Positions 1 through 14,600 of a stretch of DNA of 64,000 nt are shown piece after piece. The DNA lies in the NCBI RefSeq assembly GCF_009914755.1, contig NC_060930.1; one strand, given 5' to 3'. The stretch's first letter is position 1. The number at the start of each line of letters is the position of its first letter. The notes under the pieces were generated by a model that searched no databases, was not told where the DNA came from, and saw only the letters and a list, made by a program, of their open reading frames with translations. The position numbers and the translations under genes are program-made. The stretch is from the human T2T-CHM13v2.0 reference genome, Homo sapiens.

Positions 1-179
1 CTCCTGAGTAGCTGGGACTACAGGTGCCCGCCACCATGCCTGGCTAATTTTTTGTATTTTTAGTAGAGACGGGGTTTCACCATGTTAGCCAGGATGGTCT
101 CGATATCCTGACCTTGTGATCCTCCCGCCTCAGCCTCCCAAAGTGCTGGGATTACAGGCGTGAGCCACCGTACCCGGCC
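1..179 (-). mobile_element. Alu (partial, window edge)
   Basis: Alu consensus, antisense. Confidence 0.95.
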
Positions 180-293
180 CAATAGGAATTATTAAGCTGC
201 ATATATATGTTTTCTCAAATCAGTGCCTTGTTACTCTTGCTATGCAAAGATGGAGAGGAACATTGAATGTATTAATGCTTATTCTATTACCAG

Positions 294-492
294 GTGAGAA
301 TCCTGAACTCTCTGGCTTAGAAAGAATCTTAGCAAGACATCAGTTGCCAAAAGAGATTAATCTGACCCCAAAGCCGAACAGAATGCCCCCGTGGAAAAGA
401 AAAATCATCAACAATGTAACTGACGGGTGGAAGAAATGTCACTTGTTGAAGAGAAACACGAAAGAGCCTCCAATGTCCACCATAGTTGTCAG
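294..492 (+). pseudogene. TEX56P: TEX56P/C6orf201 internal exon ([27 protein letters not shown]...[10 protein letters not shown])
   Basis: ttctattaccag| acceptor, AG|gtagac donor, open frame; peptide recognised as C6orf201/DUF4523; upstream exons are outside the window. Confidence 0.85.
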
Positions 493-1177
493 GTAGACTC
501 TAATTTCTGCCTTATGTGGATATATTTAGAGATACACAGGGTGATCACAAAATCTCTATATGCCTTAGCTAAAAAATGATAAGCACTGTTCTATATAAAA
601 GCACATGGGCCCCATTTTTACCCACCACCAAGCTGCTAGAGGAGCCCTCACTGGGAGTAAACTCATGGAAATGGGAGCAGGAGTGTGGGTCCTCCATGGC
701 CCATTGCAGTCTAGAATAGAGAGCAGAAATCTAGCAAGAACAGAGTGGGATTCTTGGAGAGAAACCCAACCACTGAGCTTTGGGGCTTTTTGGCTGCGTA
801 AGTTGGGAAGCAGCTTGGTTTTTCACACCCACCATTGGCATGACCAGGGGCTAGGATACCATAGCAGGACATGGTGGACCTTTGGCTTTATCCCTGGTCT
901 GCCAGACTGTACATGGAGAGAACTGGAGCACCATTGGACAGTCTTAACAAGAGGAGTGACATCATCTGACCCAAATCCTCTCTAGCCTCCCAAAGAATGC
1001 ATGGGTGGAGGAGAGCTGTTGGGAGATTTTACAGCTCTGCAGGTAAGGGATGGTGGCCCAGGTGGTAACAGTGGGGATGTGGAATTGGTTGGATTCCGGT
1101 GCTCAAAGTCATAAGCTTTGGTTCCTTGGCAAATTATCTTTTTTTGGTGCACTTCTTTCCCTGCTTATGCCAGATAG

Positions 1178-1511
<334 letters not shown>

Positions 1512-1972
1512 CTATATTTGTTTCTTTCGTATTGCTGCATGTATGGCAATGATGCCTACACTTTGTACATAGTAAGTATTCAAGCAATTTTGCCGGGCTG
1601 TCAGGATAAATGTAGATGTTGCTACAAAGACAGGATCATTTCTGATTTGAAGGTAACATAACCGGGAGAGAGTTCCAGCTCATGAATTTGCCTGAACTGG
1701 AAGCTTCCCCTGGGATTATTGCCCTGGTGAAACAGAGTCCTTGTCTGCATTTTTTTCAGTGTCCTCAGTGGCATAATTTGCCAATTTGATTTAAATATTG
1801 GTAGCCAAAGAAGGCAAAGGTATTATTATAAAAGAAGGTGGTCAATGGAACCATGGTGTTTTCTGGACAAAGCAAAGACACTACATTTTTTGTCCAGAAG
1901 TAGGTAAAGGTTATATTAAGTGATGATATCTGATTACTCAAGTGAAGATTATTTGACCATGCTTTGGAAGCC

Positions 1973-2356
1973 TGATATGATTTGGCTCTGTCCCCACCCA
2001 AATCCCATTTTGAATCGTAATCCCCACATGTTGGAGGAGGGGCCTGGTGGGAGGTGATTGGATCATGGGAACAGATTTCCTCCTTGCTGTTCTCATGATA
2101 GTGAGTAGTTCTCAAGAGATCTGTTGGTTTTAAAGTGTTGCACTTCTCCCCTCGCTCTCCCTCTCTCTCCTGCTCCACCACGATAAGATGTGCCTGGCTT
2201 CCCCTTTGCTTTCTGCCCTGATTGTAAGTTTCCTGAGGCTTCCCAATCATGCTTCCTGTTAAGCCCGTGGATCTATGATTCAGTTAAACCTCTTTTCTTC
2301 GTAAATTACCCAGTCTCACGTAGTTCTTTATAGCAATGTGAAGACAGAATAACACA
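1973..2356 (+). mobile_element. MaLR LTR (MSTA/THE1-like)
   Basis: TGATATGATTTGGCTCTGTCCCCACCCAAATC...AATAACACA. Confidence 0.85.
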
Positions 2357-3074
2357 AGACCTATTTTTAAACATTCAAGTTTCACAACCATAGAAAGTTT
2401 GTACACCTCAATTTTAGGTCCTGATGTCTTCATATGAAGTTATAGATCTTTATATCCTAGTTTGCTTTCTGAAAATATAGCTAGAGTATCAGAACATAGG
2501 AAATGGTACTTTTTTTTAACATTTTATTTTACAAACATTTATTTGCTTTCCTTAAAAGCAGGGACTGTCAGCCTATCTTATTTATTTTTGTATTCCTAGT
2601 GTTACAGGTTGGAGTCTCAAGTGCTGAGATAGAAATAAGAATGCAAAAGGTTTCCTGGGAGTGGTGTTGCATCAAAGTGGAAGCAGGAAAACAGTGTTGG
2701 GCAGGGATTCAAGAGGTGGAGAAACAGGCTTCGCCCCAGTGGAAGGAGGTGCAAAGTCATGTTGCAGGGGGCTTCGGTACAGGACAGGTGGGAGGATTAG
2801 GCCCATTTTGCAATCAATCAATCATGAACCTTGTCTTGGTTGCTGTGACTCCAGATTCCTGAAGGATCTGCTGAATTAACTGTTCTAGTTCTGATGATGC
2901 CTCCTGGCATTAATGATTCTTCTCCTATTACCTGGTAACATGGTAAATATTGTCATTTGATAACTGTATCATTCTTAATTCTTTGTGACTTAACTGACAC
3001 CCTTGAGAGAATTCATTCTTTAGCCAAAGCAAGCCTGACTATTATTAAGAATCATCAATAATAGCTTTGTCCAT

Positions 3075-3895
3075 AAAACTAGAACTACCATATGACCCAG
3101 CAATCCCACTACTAGGTGTGAACCCAAAGGAAAGTAAATCAGTATGTCAAAGAGCTCTCTGCCCTCCCATGTGCATTGCAGCACTATTCACAACAGCCAA
3201 GATATGCAATCAACCTAGGTTTCCATCAACAGATGAATGAATTAAAAATGTGGTGTATATACACAAGAGAATACTTTTTAGCATAAAAAAGAAGGAAATC
3301 CTGTCATATGAGGCTGCATGGATGAGCCTAGAGGACATTATATTAAGTGAAATAAGGCCCAGAAAGACAAACTTCAAAAGGTTCTCACTCATTTGTGGGC
3401 GCTAAAAATTAAAACAGTTGTATTCATGGAGGTAGAGAGTAGAAGAATGGTTTCTAGAGGCTGGGAAGGGTAGTGGAGGTAGTGAGAGGAAGTGGGGAAG
3501 AATACTGCATGCTCTCGTTCATATGTGGAAGCTGAAAACGCTGATCTCACAGAAGTAGAGAGTTGAGTAGTGGTTGCCAGAGGTTGGGAAGGGTAACGGG
3601 AAGGGGTGGATAGCCAGAGGTTGGTTACCCGATACAAAAGTACAGCTAGACAGGAGGAATAAGTTCTGGTGTTCTATAACACTGTAGGGTGGTTATAGCC
3701 AACAATAATTTTTTGTTTATTTTCAAATAGCTAGAAGAGGGCATCTTGAATGTTCCCAACACAAAGAAATGAAAATTGTTTGAGGTGATGACATGCTCAT
3801 TACCTTTATTTGATCATGACACATTGTAAACATGCATCAAAACATCCCACTGTATCCCATAAATATGTGCAGTTATTATGTCAATTTAATCGAAG
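3075..3895 (+). mobile_element. L1 3' end (L1MA-like)
   Basis: CCATATGACCCAGCAATCCCACT ORF2-end/3'UTR motifs; flanking AATAGCTTTGT repeat at 3060 and 3896. Confidence 0.85.
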
Positions 3896-4845
3896 AATAG
3901 CTTTGTTTTTGTCTAAGAGCTATTGAACACTACTGATTCGTGTGCCCTTGACCACCTGTAAAATGGTGTTGCTAATACCTCATGTTGTATCAGAAAGAGT
4001 TGTGACACTGATAGAAAAACGACTGTGAAATTGAGTTTTGACAAGTATGAAGTACTATTTGAATGCATTGTACAGTATTTTCACGTGTTAGATTGAGGCA
4101 ACTGTAGGTCCTAACCTTGAACCTGCCCTGGCAAACATTTGCTCAGTTTATGCTGTGTATCCCCGCTAGCACGGAGAGGATAAGGCCCCTCTCTCACATG
4201 GCAATAGCAGTTTTAGGGCCACAAAACAGGCAGATCATACGTGAGGCCTGCTGGCTTTGACAAAGTTCCTTCAGTGCTGTGCTATGTAAACAGATCAGCA
4301 GGCACAAAAGCCAGGAGTCCTGGGACCATGCCGGTAAACAGATTTTCTAAGTCTAGAGCTGCAGATGGTGGTGTCTTATCCCTGTTGGTGAACCTGGCAG
4401 GATTCCAACCCCCAGCTCAATAATACTGTAAATCCCTACTGGATACTGCATGTAAATTATAATTACTTGTAAACTGTGTTTACTGGCTCAGTATGCCATA
4501 TTTATATGGACTCTAGGGCTTAATTTTTTTTTCTCTTGATAAGTGTGACAAAAGCAGTACTTGAACAGAAGAGAGCTGTGTGTTCCATGTGAGAACTTTA
4601 GTTTAGATTCCATAATGTTTTTGTTGCATCGATGTGGTAGCAACTGAAGACGGGGCCTGGTAGTCGATGGGTTTTATTTTGCCCACCTCTCTGCCATAGA
4701 CATTTGCAATTTATCCTGACTTGGGGCCGCTCCTCCTCTATACCAAAATTCATCTTTTATTGTACTTACCATGTTATAGTGTCTGTGTTGATTTGCTACT
4801 CCACTCGTGTGCTGTGTAAGCATTTAAGAAAAACGTTTAATGTTT

Positions 4846-5231
<386 letters not shown>

Positions 5232-5940
5232 GATCCCCCCAGAAGTGGGACCAGAAATCCTGAAGCAGTAGCCGCAAGCCAATCTACATGGAAAGGCAGG
5301 AAAACAACGCTTGAGTGCCTGGGTACAAGGGAACCGAGGCAGGTTTGGAGAAAAAGACCTGGCACGTGGTGTGGAGGCTCCTTCTGGGGACTTGGCACTG
5401 GATTTTATGTGGGAATGAAGGTGACTGGGCTGGTCAGGGCATGTGTTATCCCTCTGGAATTTAGAGGCAGGTCTTGGCAAATACTTGCTGACACTTCCTA
5501 CACCTGCTGACTTTCACGTACCCCTGCTGATTTCAATGGAAGGGACATGTGTATGTTCTGATCTTGGGGAGCATCATTCCATGCCCCTACTAGAAAAGAT
5601 GTCTCAAACACTTTCTGTGACGTGACTGGTTCACATCTTCTGCTTGCTTTAAATTTTCTTTGCCTTATTAAGTTGTGAGAGTTCTTTTCATATTTTCAAT
5701 ACAAAATTCTTTGATAAAAGCATTGCAAATATTTTCTCCCAGATGGTAGCTTGCCTTTCATTATTTCATGATAACACAGAAGAACAAAGGTTTTACATTC
5801 CCAATGCATCAATTTTTTTCTTTCACAGTTTTTGCATTTTATATTCTAAGAATCCTTTGACAAGTCCAAAGTTGCAAAGACTTGCTCCTATATTTCCTTA
5901 CTGAAGTTTTGTAGTTTTAAGCTTCAAATTTAGGTTGGTA

Positions 5941-6697
<757 letters not shown>

Positions 6698-7118
6698 TAA
6701 AAAATGAATTTCCACATATATTTGAGTGTATTTCTGAATCCTATTTTGCTCCATTTATCTACATGTCTTTGCCCAAACAAGACTTTCTTACTGTGGCCAG
6801 GTCCTGAAATAAGGTAGTGTTAGGCATCTGACTTTGATCTTCTGCTTTAAAAATTGCTTTGATTATTTTAGGTTCTTTGTATTGCCATAAAAATTTAGAA
6901 CCAATTTGTTAGTTTCTACAAAAGGACTACTAGAATTTGTTTGGGATTGAGTTGAATCAAGATCAGTAGGGGAGAACTTCCATCTTAATAACACTGAGAC
7001 TTTCAACGTGGACAGGATATATTTGCCCTTTGGTTAGGTCTTCTTTAATGTCTCCTAACAATGTTTTGTAGTTTTCAGTGAAGAAGTCGTGGATATTTTT
7101 TGTTATATTTATTACTAG

Positions 7119-7829
7119 CACAGGGGTAAAAGGAGCTTTCCTTTTTCCCTCTGAAGGTTGATGAAAGGCGTCTGCTAAACTTGACAACAGACAGATTAAC
7201 AGGAGAAAAGGCATACAGATTTATTAAGGTGCAAGTGCTGAGAGTCACACAAGGTATGAAAATTCAAAGAAGGGCCAGGTGGTTGACGATTAAATGCCTG
7301 CTTCATAGGGGAGAGGAAGGTGAGGGATGTAAGGAATTTTAGAGGAAAAGTAAATTATATTTAGGGAAGATGACTGGGCCTAAACAAGAGACAATAGCCT
7401 GGGACAAAGTCCCTCTGAACTCTGGGAGAGATGGCAACAAGTTATGGGAAGGTGAGGGGAGGAACTGCACCATGAACAAAGTTTGCCTTATGCAGATAAA
7501 GTCCCTCAGAATAGCCCTCAGAAGAGTACATGAAAAGTCTGTCTAGGGGGTTGTGGTGACAACCTTTATTTTATCTTTGGTGATTAATCTTTCCTGGTTA
7601 ATGAGAGTTCAGACAGAATATTAAAGGCAATTGTTTTTCTCGGAGAGTAACTTCCCTCAGTCAGATATGGGAACTTCAGAGAGAGCCCCTCCCTGCACTT
7701 GTGGGAAGAAACAAGGGAAGGTTAGAGAGACCTTGGTTTGGAGGCAGAGTCTAAGGGCTTTCATTTAATTCAAAGCATTCAGCGTGCCAAAGTGCCATAC
7801 TCTAGAGTATCGTTTTCTGAGCCTCAAAA
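7119..7829 (-). mobile_element. ERV1-type LTR (MER34/MER39-like)
   Basis: Minus strand begins ...GAGGCTCAGAAAACGATACTCTAGAGTATGGCACTTTGGCACGCTG; CAGATTAACAGGAGAAAAGGCATAC motif. Confidence 0.7.
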
Positions 7830-9410
7830 CTAGGTATTTTATAGTTTATAGCACCACTGTAAATGAAAAATATTAAATATAAGGATACAATTGATTTTTG
7901 TTAGTTATTGTGGTATACTACAAACTTGTAAATTAATTTATTAGTTCTAGTAGCTAGTTTTTAGATTCCCTGGGATTTCTCTTTTATTGTGATAAGAACA
8001 CTTTACATGAGGTCTTAACAAACCTCTCAACAATTTTTAAGCGTGCAATACATTATTGTGAACAGTGTTGTAAGCAGGTATTTAGAGCTGATTCATCTTG
8101 ATTGCCTGAAACTTTAAGCCTGTTGATCATTAATTCCCATTTCCCCCTCCCACAACGCCCTGGGATGTAACCATCATTACGCTCTTTGATTCTATGAATT
8201 TGACTGTTTTAGATGCCTCATATAAATGGAATCATGCATTATTTCTGTGACTGGCTTATTTCACTTAGCATGTCCTCAAGGTGCATCTACGTTGTCACAT
8301 ATTACAGAATTTCTGTCTTTTAAAAGGCTGACTAGTACTTCATTGTACGTATATACCACATTTTCTTTATCCACTTCTCTGTCAATGAAGATTTACATTT
8401 TTCCCATACTTTGGCTATTGTGAATGGTGCTGCGATGAATATAGAGGTGTTAATGTCTCTTCAAGATTTTGATTTCAATTCTTTTGGATAAATACCCAGA
8501 AGTGGCATTACTGGATCATATAATTCCTTGGGATTTTTTTTAATGTAAATAGTCATATTATCTGCAAATAGAGAAACATTTTTACATCTTGTTTTCCATT
8601 CTTTGTCTTTTATTTCCTTTCTTTGCCTTATTGCAATGACTAAGATTTTCAGTACAATGTTGAACAGATGTGGTAAAAGCAGACATCTTTCATTTTTTTT
8701 CTCAATCTCAGAGAAAAAACAATTCAGTGTTTTATTTACTCTAGGTTTCTGCAGATTCCTTTTATAAGTTTGAGAAGTTCCCTACTGTTTCTAGTTTGTT
8801 TTTATCACACATGAATGTATAATTTTGTCAAATGCTTTCTCTGTATCTATTAATAATATGTTTATTCTATTAATATGGTGAATTGCATTGCTTTTTAAAA
8901 ATATTTCTTATAGTAAAATGTGCATAACATAAGATTTACCATTTTAAGTGCTTAAGTGTAATTAAGTTAGTGGCATTAAGTACATTCCCATTGTTATGCA
9001 ACCATCGTCACTATCCTTCTCCAGAACATTTTCATCATCCCATAATGAAACTGTCTCTCCTTTAAACATTAATTTTCTACCCCTTTTTCTTCTCAGCACC
9101 TGGTAACCATTATTCTATTTTCTGACTCTATGAATTTGCCTATTGAATCATACAATATTTGTCCTTTTGTGTCTGGCTTATTTCACTTGGCATAATGTCT
9201 TCAAGGTTCATCCATGTTGTAGCATGTATCAGAATTTTATTCTTTTTTAAGGCTGATAATATTTCATTCTATGTATAGACTACATTTTGTTGATCCATTC
9301 ATCTGTTGATGGACACTTGGGTTGTTTTTACTTTTCTATCTTGTGAATAATGCTTTGTATGCAAATATCTGTTCAAGTCTCTGCTAGTCAATTATTTGCG
9401 GTATATACTC

Positions 9411-11643
9411 TGCTATGGTTTAAAGGTCTTCTCCAAAACTCATGTTGAAATTTAATTGCCATGTCACTTTACTGTTTGAGTAACGTTGGTGTGAAGCTTC
9501 ATTGATGCCTTTTGCTTTATGTCCTGCTTAAGTCTGTGTGAAGGATTTGTGTTTTTCTGCCTTACAAACATAATTTAATTTATTGGACAGGAATTCATGG
9601 ATAGTAATGCTGTCTGCCCCTTTACTTCAGAAAACACAGTGACTCTAGTGGATTTGAATAAGTGAAACTGCTCTGAAATGCTATGGAAAGCCGACTCCCC
9701 AAAGAGTGGTTTCTTCTAGAAGTTTGAATTTGTAGCTACAGTTTCCAGGAAGAAAAATAGTAGTTGGATAACTTGGTAAAATAATAACATCATTTTCATT
9801 TTCTTCCCTTTTCTTAACTTTGGTTTCCTAAAGGAAGAAAATAAGTACATAGCACATAATCTATTTAAATAGATTTAAAGAGAGTTGCAAAATAAATCAC
9901 CCGGTCTAGCTCTTAAGTGAATAAAACAGATTTTGTTTGTGAATAAAATCTGTTGATTGCCAACACTACCACTACAGTATCCCACCAAGGGCTTCATGTG
10001 TCAGCTCAGTGCGATCTCCTTTAACTCTGCAGCACCGCTGCAGCTGCCGACATAGCCTCGGTAGGTGGCTATTAGAGCTCTACCATATACAGTGGTGCAT
10101 CTTCAGATTTATGCATCAAACTAAAGACATGTCCAAGTCCATTTTAATTTCCTCAGTGTTTTTATGGGAAGTTTTATGGACCTCCCCCAGTTGTCTTTTT
10201 ATTTGGGGTTATGACGATCACGTTTGATAATTACAGTGATAATGTTTCCACGTGATGCTTTTGTTTGAACCTGATAAAATTTAGTGAAACTTTGTAATGA
10301 TCTATGTGCACTTTTACTTGTAAAATGGAATTTCTGTATGTTTATACTTGTAAATATATTGTTGTTAGTGCTCCTGTTGCTCATGGTGTCCTGCCTCGCA
10401 TTTGTGATTCTGTTAATGACTTGTATCTTAACTAAGTTCTTAGTGGTGTTGTAATAGGGAGATGGGGCAGGTGGGGTGTTATTTGTACCACTGAATCTTC
10501 ATTAATTTGGTTCTTTACTGTTTTGAGGGGAGAAAGAATGTGAAATGGTTTGTGTATTATTGAATTTTAAGCAATATTTTAGAAGCTGTGTGACTGCTTT
10601 AATAACTTTTTCCCAGTGTTATTTGAATCATACTACCAGTTTTACTACAGCCGAATGACAATTGTGTGAAAGTTACTGCCTTCATAAGATCAAGTCACCA
10701 CTGTTACACAGCTGACATATATTGTATTACCTTTGCAGCTAGTAAACTATAAAGTTTAGATACTGAATCTCATTACAGGGTTATTTATATAATGTGACGT
10801 TATTCAGTACTGACAGACTACATGAAGTAGTTTTAAAATCTAGTGCTATTTTTATTTTAAAGGTTAGCAATGAGGAGGAAATGTGATCTGGCTGTGTTTG
10901 TCTTCTGTACAAAGCCTGAAATGCTTATGGTTTTTTGGTTAACAGCCACAGAGGGCAAAGTTTAAGACTTTCTTGTAAGGACTAACTGTTCTTTTCAAGC
11001 CACTGTTTGTTTTTCTAAAAGCAGGATTTGCTTCCGTAGCAGGCAAGTTCCTTGACGTGGAATAGTGCAACCTGTATATGGGCTATTATAATAGGAAAGA
11101 CATCTGTATTTGCACAGTTTAAATCATTCTTAAATTTTAAACATGTGAAATGTCCCCAAAAATCTTTAATTTTTTGGTAATTTGTACTCTTTTTGTGCAC
11201 ATGTTGATTTCTTAATGGTAAATCCTTCATTTAAAGGTAGTGTTTTCTGTTGAGAATATTTTCATGGAATAAAACAATCTTTTCGTGGCAAAAAAAAAAA
11301 AAAAAAAGAAATTTAATTGCCATGTGATGTATTGAACGGTGAGACCTTTAAGGTGTGATTAGGTCATGAGGGTTCTGCTCTCATGAGTGGATTAATGCCA
11401 TTACTGTGGGAGTGGGTTAGTATGTCAGAAGGTCAATCTCCTTTTTCTCTCTGTTTCACTTGTGTGGTTCCTTGACATGCTATGCCTTTGCCATGATATG
11501 ATGCAGCAAGAAGACCCTTACCACATGTGGCCCCTCAATCTTGGATTCCCAGGCTCCAGAACCATGAGCCAAATAAATATATTTTCTTTATAAATTACTC
11601 AGTTTATGGTATTCTATCATAGCAACAAAAATGGACTAAGACA
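9411..11643 (+). mobile_element. MaLR solo LTR (MST/MLT1A-like), split by the retrocopy
   Basis: TGCTATGGTTT...GGACTAAGACA termini; near-TSD TACTC/TACCC; interrupts an L1 3' region. Confidence 0.85.
9465..11307 (+). pseudogene. 5'-truncated processed retrocopy consisting of 3'UTR-like sequence (parent gene not identified)
   Basis: AATAAA 11268-11273, poly(A) 11290-11307, perfect 18-bp TSD GAAATTTAATTGCCATGT at 9447-9464 and 11308-11325; no long ORF; U-rich UTR-like composition. Confidence 0.9.
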
Positions 11644-14600
11644 TACCCAGAAGTGGAATTGTGGGATTGTATGGTAATTATGCCTATTTGGGGTCCCTTA
11701 AGATTCCATATGCATTTTAGAATACATTTTACATATCTGCAAACACATTGTTGGGACCTTGATAGAATTACATTAAATCTGCAAATCACCTTGGGTAGTA
11801 TTAATATCTCAATAATACTAAGTCTTTTAATCCGTGAACATGTGAAGTCTTCCCATTTATTTATTTGTCTTCTGTAATTTATTTCAGTAATGTTTTGTAG
11901 TTTTCACTAAGTATTATGCCTCATTGGATAAACTCATTCCTAAATTTGGTTATTTTTGATGTTATTATAAATTGAATGGTTTTTCTCAATTTCCTTTTTG
12001 GAATTTTCATTGCTAGTATTTATTTATCTTTAATCTTTATTTTTTCCTTCTTTCTGCTAGTTTTGGATTTAGTTTGTTCTTTTTCTAGTTTCTTATGGTG
12101 TAAATCTAGGCTGTTTATTCAAAATCTTTCTTTTTTCTTAATGTGTTTGCAGCTGCAAATTTCCATCTTAGCACTGCTTTCAGATCCTCCCATAAGTTTT
12201 GGTTTGTCGTGTTTTCATTTGTGTCAAGATATTTTAAATTTTTTGTGATTTTTCTTGACCCATTGGTTATTTAAAAGTGTGTTAATTTCTACATACTTGT
12301 GAATTGTCCAGGTTTTTGCTGTTAACTTCTAGTTTCATTTCATTGTGATGAGAAATGATATTTTGTATTTCAATTTTTAAATCTATTAAGATGTCCTATG
12401 GCTTAACATATGGAAAATGCTCCATGTGCACTTAAAAAATACATATTCTGTTGTTGTTAAGTGCAGTGTACTGTATGTGTCTGCTGGGTCCAGTGGGTCT
12501 ATAGTGTTTTTTAAGTCCTATATTCCCCTATGATCTTCTACCTGGTTCTCTATCCACTGAAGAAAGTGGAGGTATTGAAGTTTTCTACTATTATTGTAGG
12601 GCCATTTATTCTTCAATTCTGTCAATGTTTGCTTCATATATTTTGGAGCTCTAATATTTAGTGCATATGTTTATAATTGTCATATCTTCTTGGTAAATTG
12701 AGACTTTTAGCATTATATTATGTCTGTCTTTGTCTCTTTTAACAGTTTTTGACTTAAAGTCTATTTTGTCAATTAGTATAGCCATTTCTGCTCTCTTTTT
12801 ATTACTATTGGCATGGAATATCTTTTTAATCCTTCCACTTTCACCCTACTCATATCCTTAGATCTAAAGTGAGACTCTTTTAAACAGTATATAGTTGATC
12901 CTGGTTTTATACCCACTCTGCCAACTTATGATTTTTGATATGTTTTCAATCCAATTACATATAAATTGCTGAAAAGAAAGCAATTAGTTTTGCCATTTTG
13001 TTGTTTTCTCTGTCCCTTACAGGTTTTTTTCTCCCTCATTTCCTTGATTACTGCCTTCCTTCATGTTTAAAGTTGTTGTAATGGCATATTTTGATTCTCA
13101 CTTCTGCTTGCGTATATTTTCTTGGTGTTTACTATGTGCACTACATATAACATCCTAGAGTTATGATGATCTATCTTAATTGATACCAACTTAACTTCAA
13201 TTGCATATAAAAACTCTACTTCCTTAAAGCTTTTCTCCCCTTATGTTATTGATGTCACAAATTATACGGTTTAATATTATATATTCATTAACATATATTC
13301 ATAATTATTTTATGCAATTGTCTCTTAAATCCTGTAGAAAATCAAAAGTGGAGTTATAAACCAAAATTACATTAATACTGTTTTTATATTTGTTCATATA
13401 TTTACCTTTACTGGAGAACTTTATATTTTCATCTGTCTTCCAGTTACTATCTAGCATTATTTCATTTCAAACTGGAGGACTTCCTTTAACATTTCTTGTA
13501 GGGCAAGTGTAGTAATAATAAATTCCCTCAGCTTTTGTTTTTATGGGAATGTCTTAATTTCTCCCTCATTTTTGAAGAAACATTTTACCAGGTATAGAAC
13601 TCTCAGTTGACAGTTTTTTTTAAAATTTTCAGCACTTTAAATATATCACCCCACTGCCTCTAGTCTCCAAGGTTCTTGCTGAAATAATACTCGGATAGTC
13701 TTATCGCAGATCTCTTGTATATAGTCACTTTTCTCTTGATGCCTTCCAAGATTCTCTTTATCTTGCACTTTTGTCAGCTTTGATTATGTGTCTTCGTATG
13801 GGTCTCTTCAGGTTTGTCCTACTTGGAGACCATTGAGCTTGGATTTGTATATCCATGTCTTTCCTCATATTTGGCAGGTTTTCAGCTATTATTTATTCAA
13901 ATAGTCTCTCTCCTCATTTTTCTCACCTCCTTCTGGGACTCCCATTATGCATATATTGGTCAGTGTGATGGCATCTCATAAGTCCCTAAGCCTCTGTTCA
14001 CTTTATTTTTTCTTCTGTATGCTTCTCAAATTCAATAATTTCAAATGAGCTGTTTTCAAATTTGCTTATTCTTTCTTCTACTTATTTGAGTTTGCTGTTG
14101 AACTCCTCTAATAAAATTTTCAAATTAGTTATTGTACTTTTCAGCTCAATATTTTTTTTTATAATTTCTTTGTTGATGTTCTCATTTTGTTCATATGTTT
14201 TCTTGACTTTCCTTTGTTCTTTGTTCATGTTTTTCTACAGTTCTGCGAGTATATTTGACATTTGTGGTTTTTTTTTGTTGTTGTTTTGAGACAGACTCTC
14301 ACTCTGTTGCCCAGGCTGAAGCGCAGTCATGTGATCTTGGCTCACTGCAACCTCTGCCTCCTGGGTTCCAGTGATTCTCATGCCTCAGCCTTCTGAGTAG
14401 CTGGGATTACAGGTGTGCAGCACCATGCTCTGCTAATTTTTTTGTATTTTTAGTAGAGATGGGGTTTCACTATGTTGGCCAGGCTAGTGTCAACTCCTGG
14501 CCTCAAGTGATCTGACTGCCTTGGCCTCCCAAAGTGCTGGGATTATAGGCATGAGCCATCGCACCTGGCTGACAGTTGTTTTAAAGTCTAGTAAGCCTGA

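Noticed and set aside
605-985. 126-aa ORF in the TEX56P intron
   Set aside because: No recognisable family or splice support.
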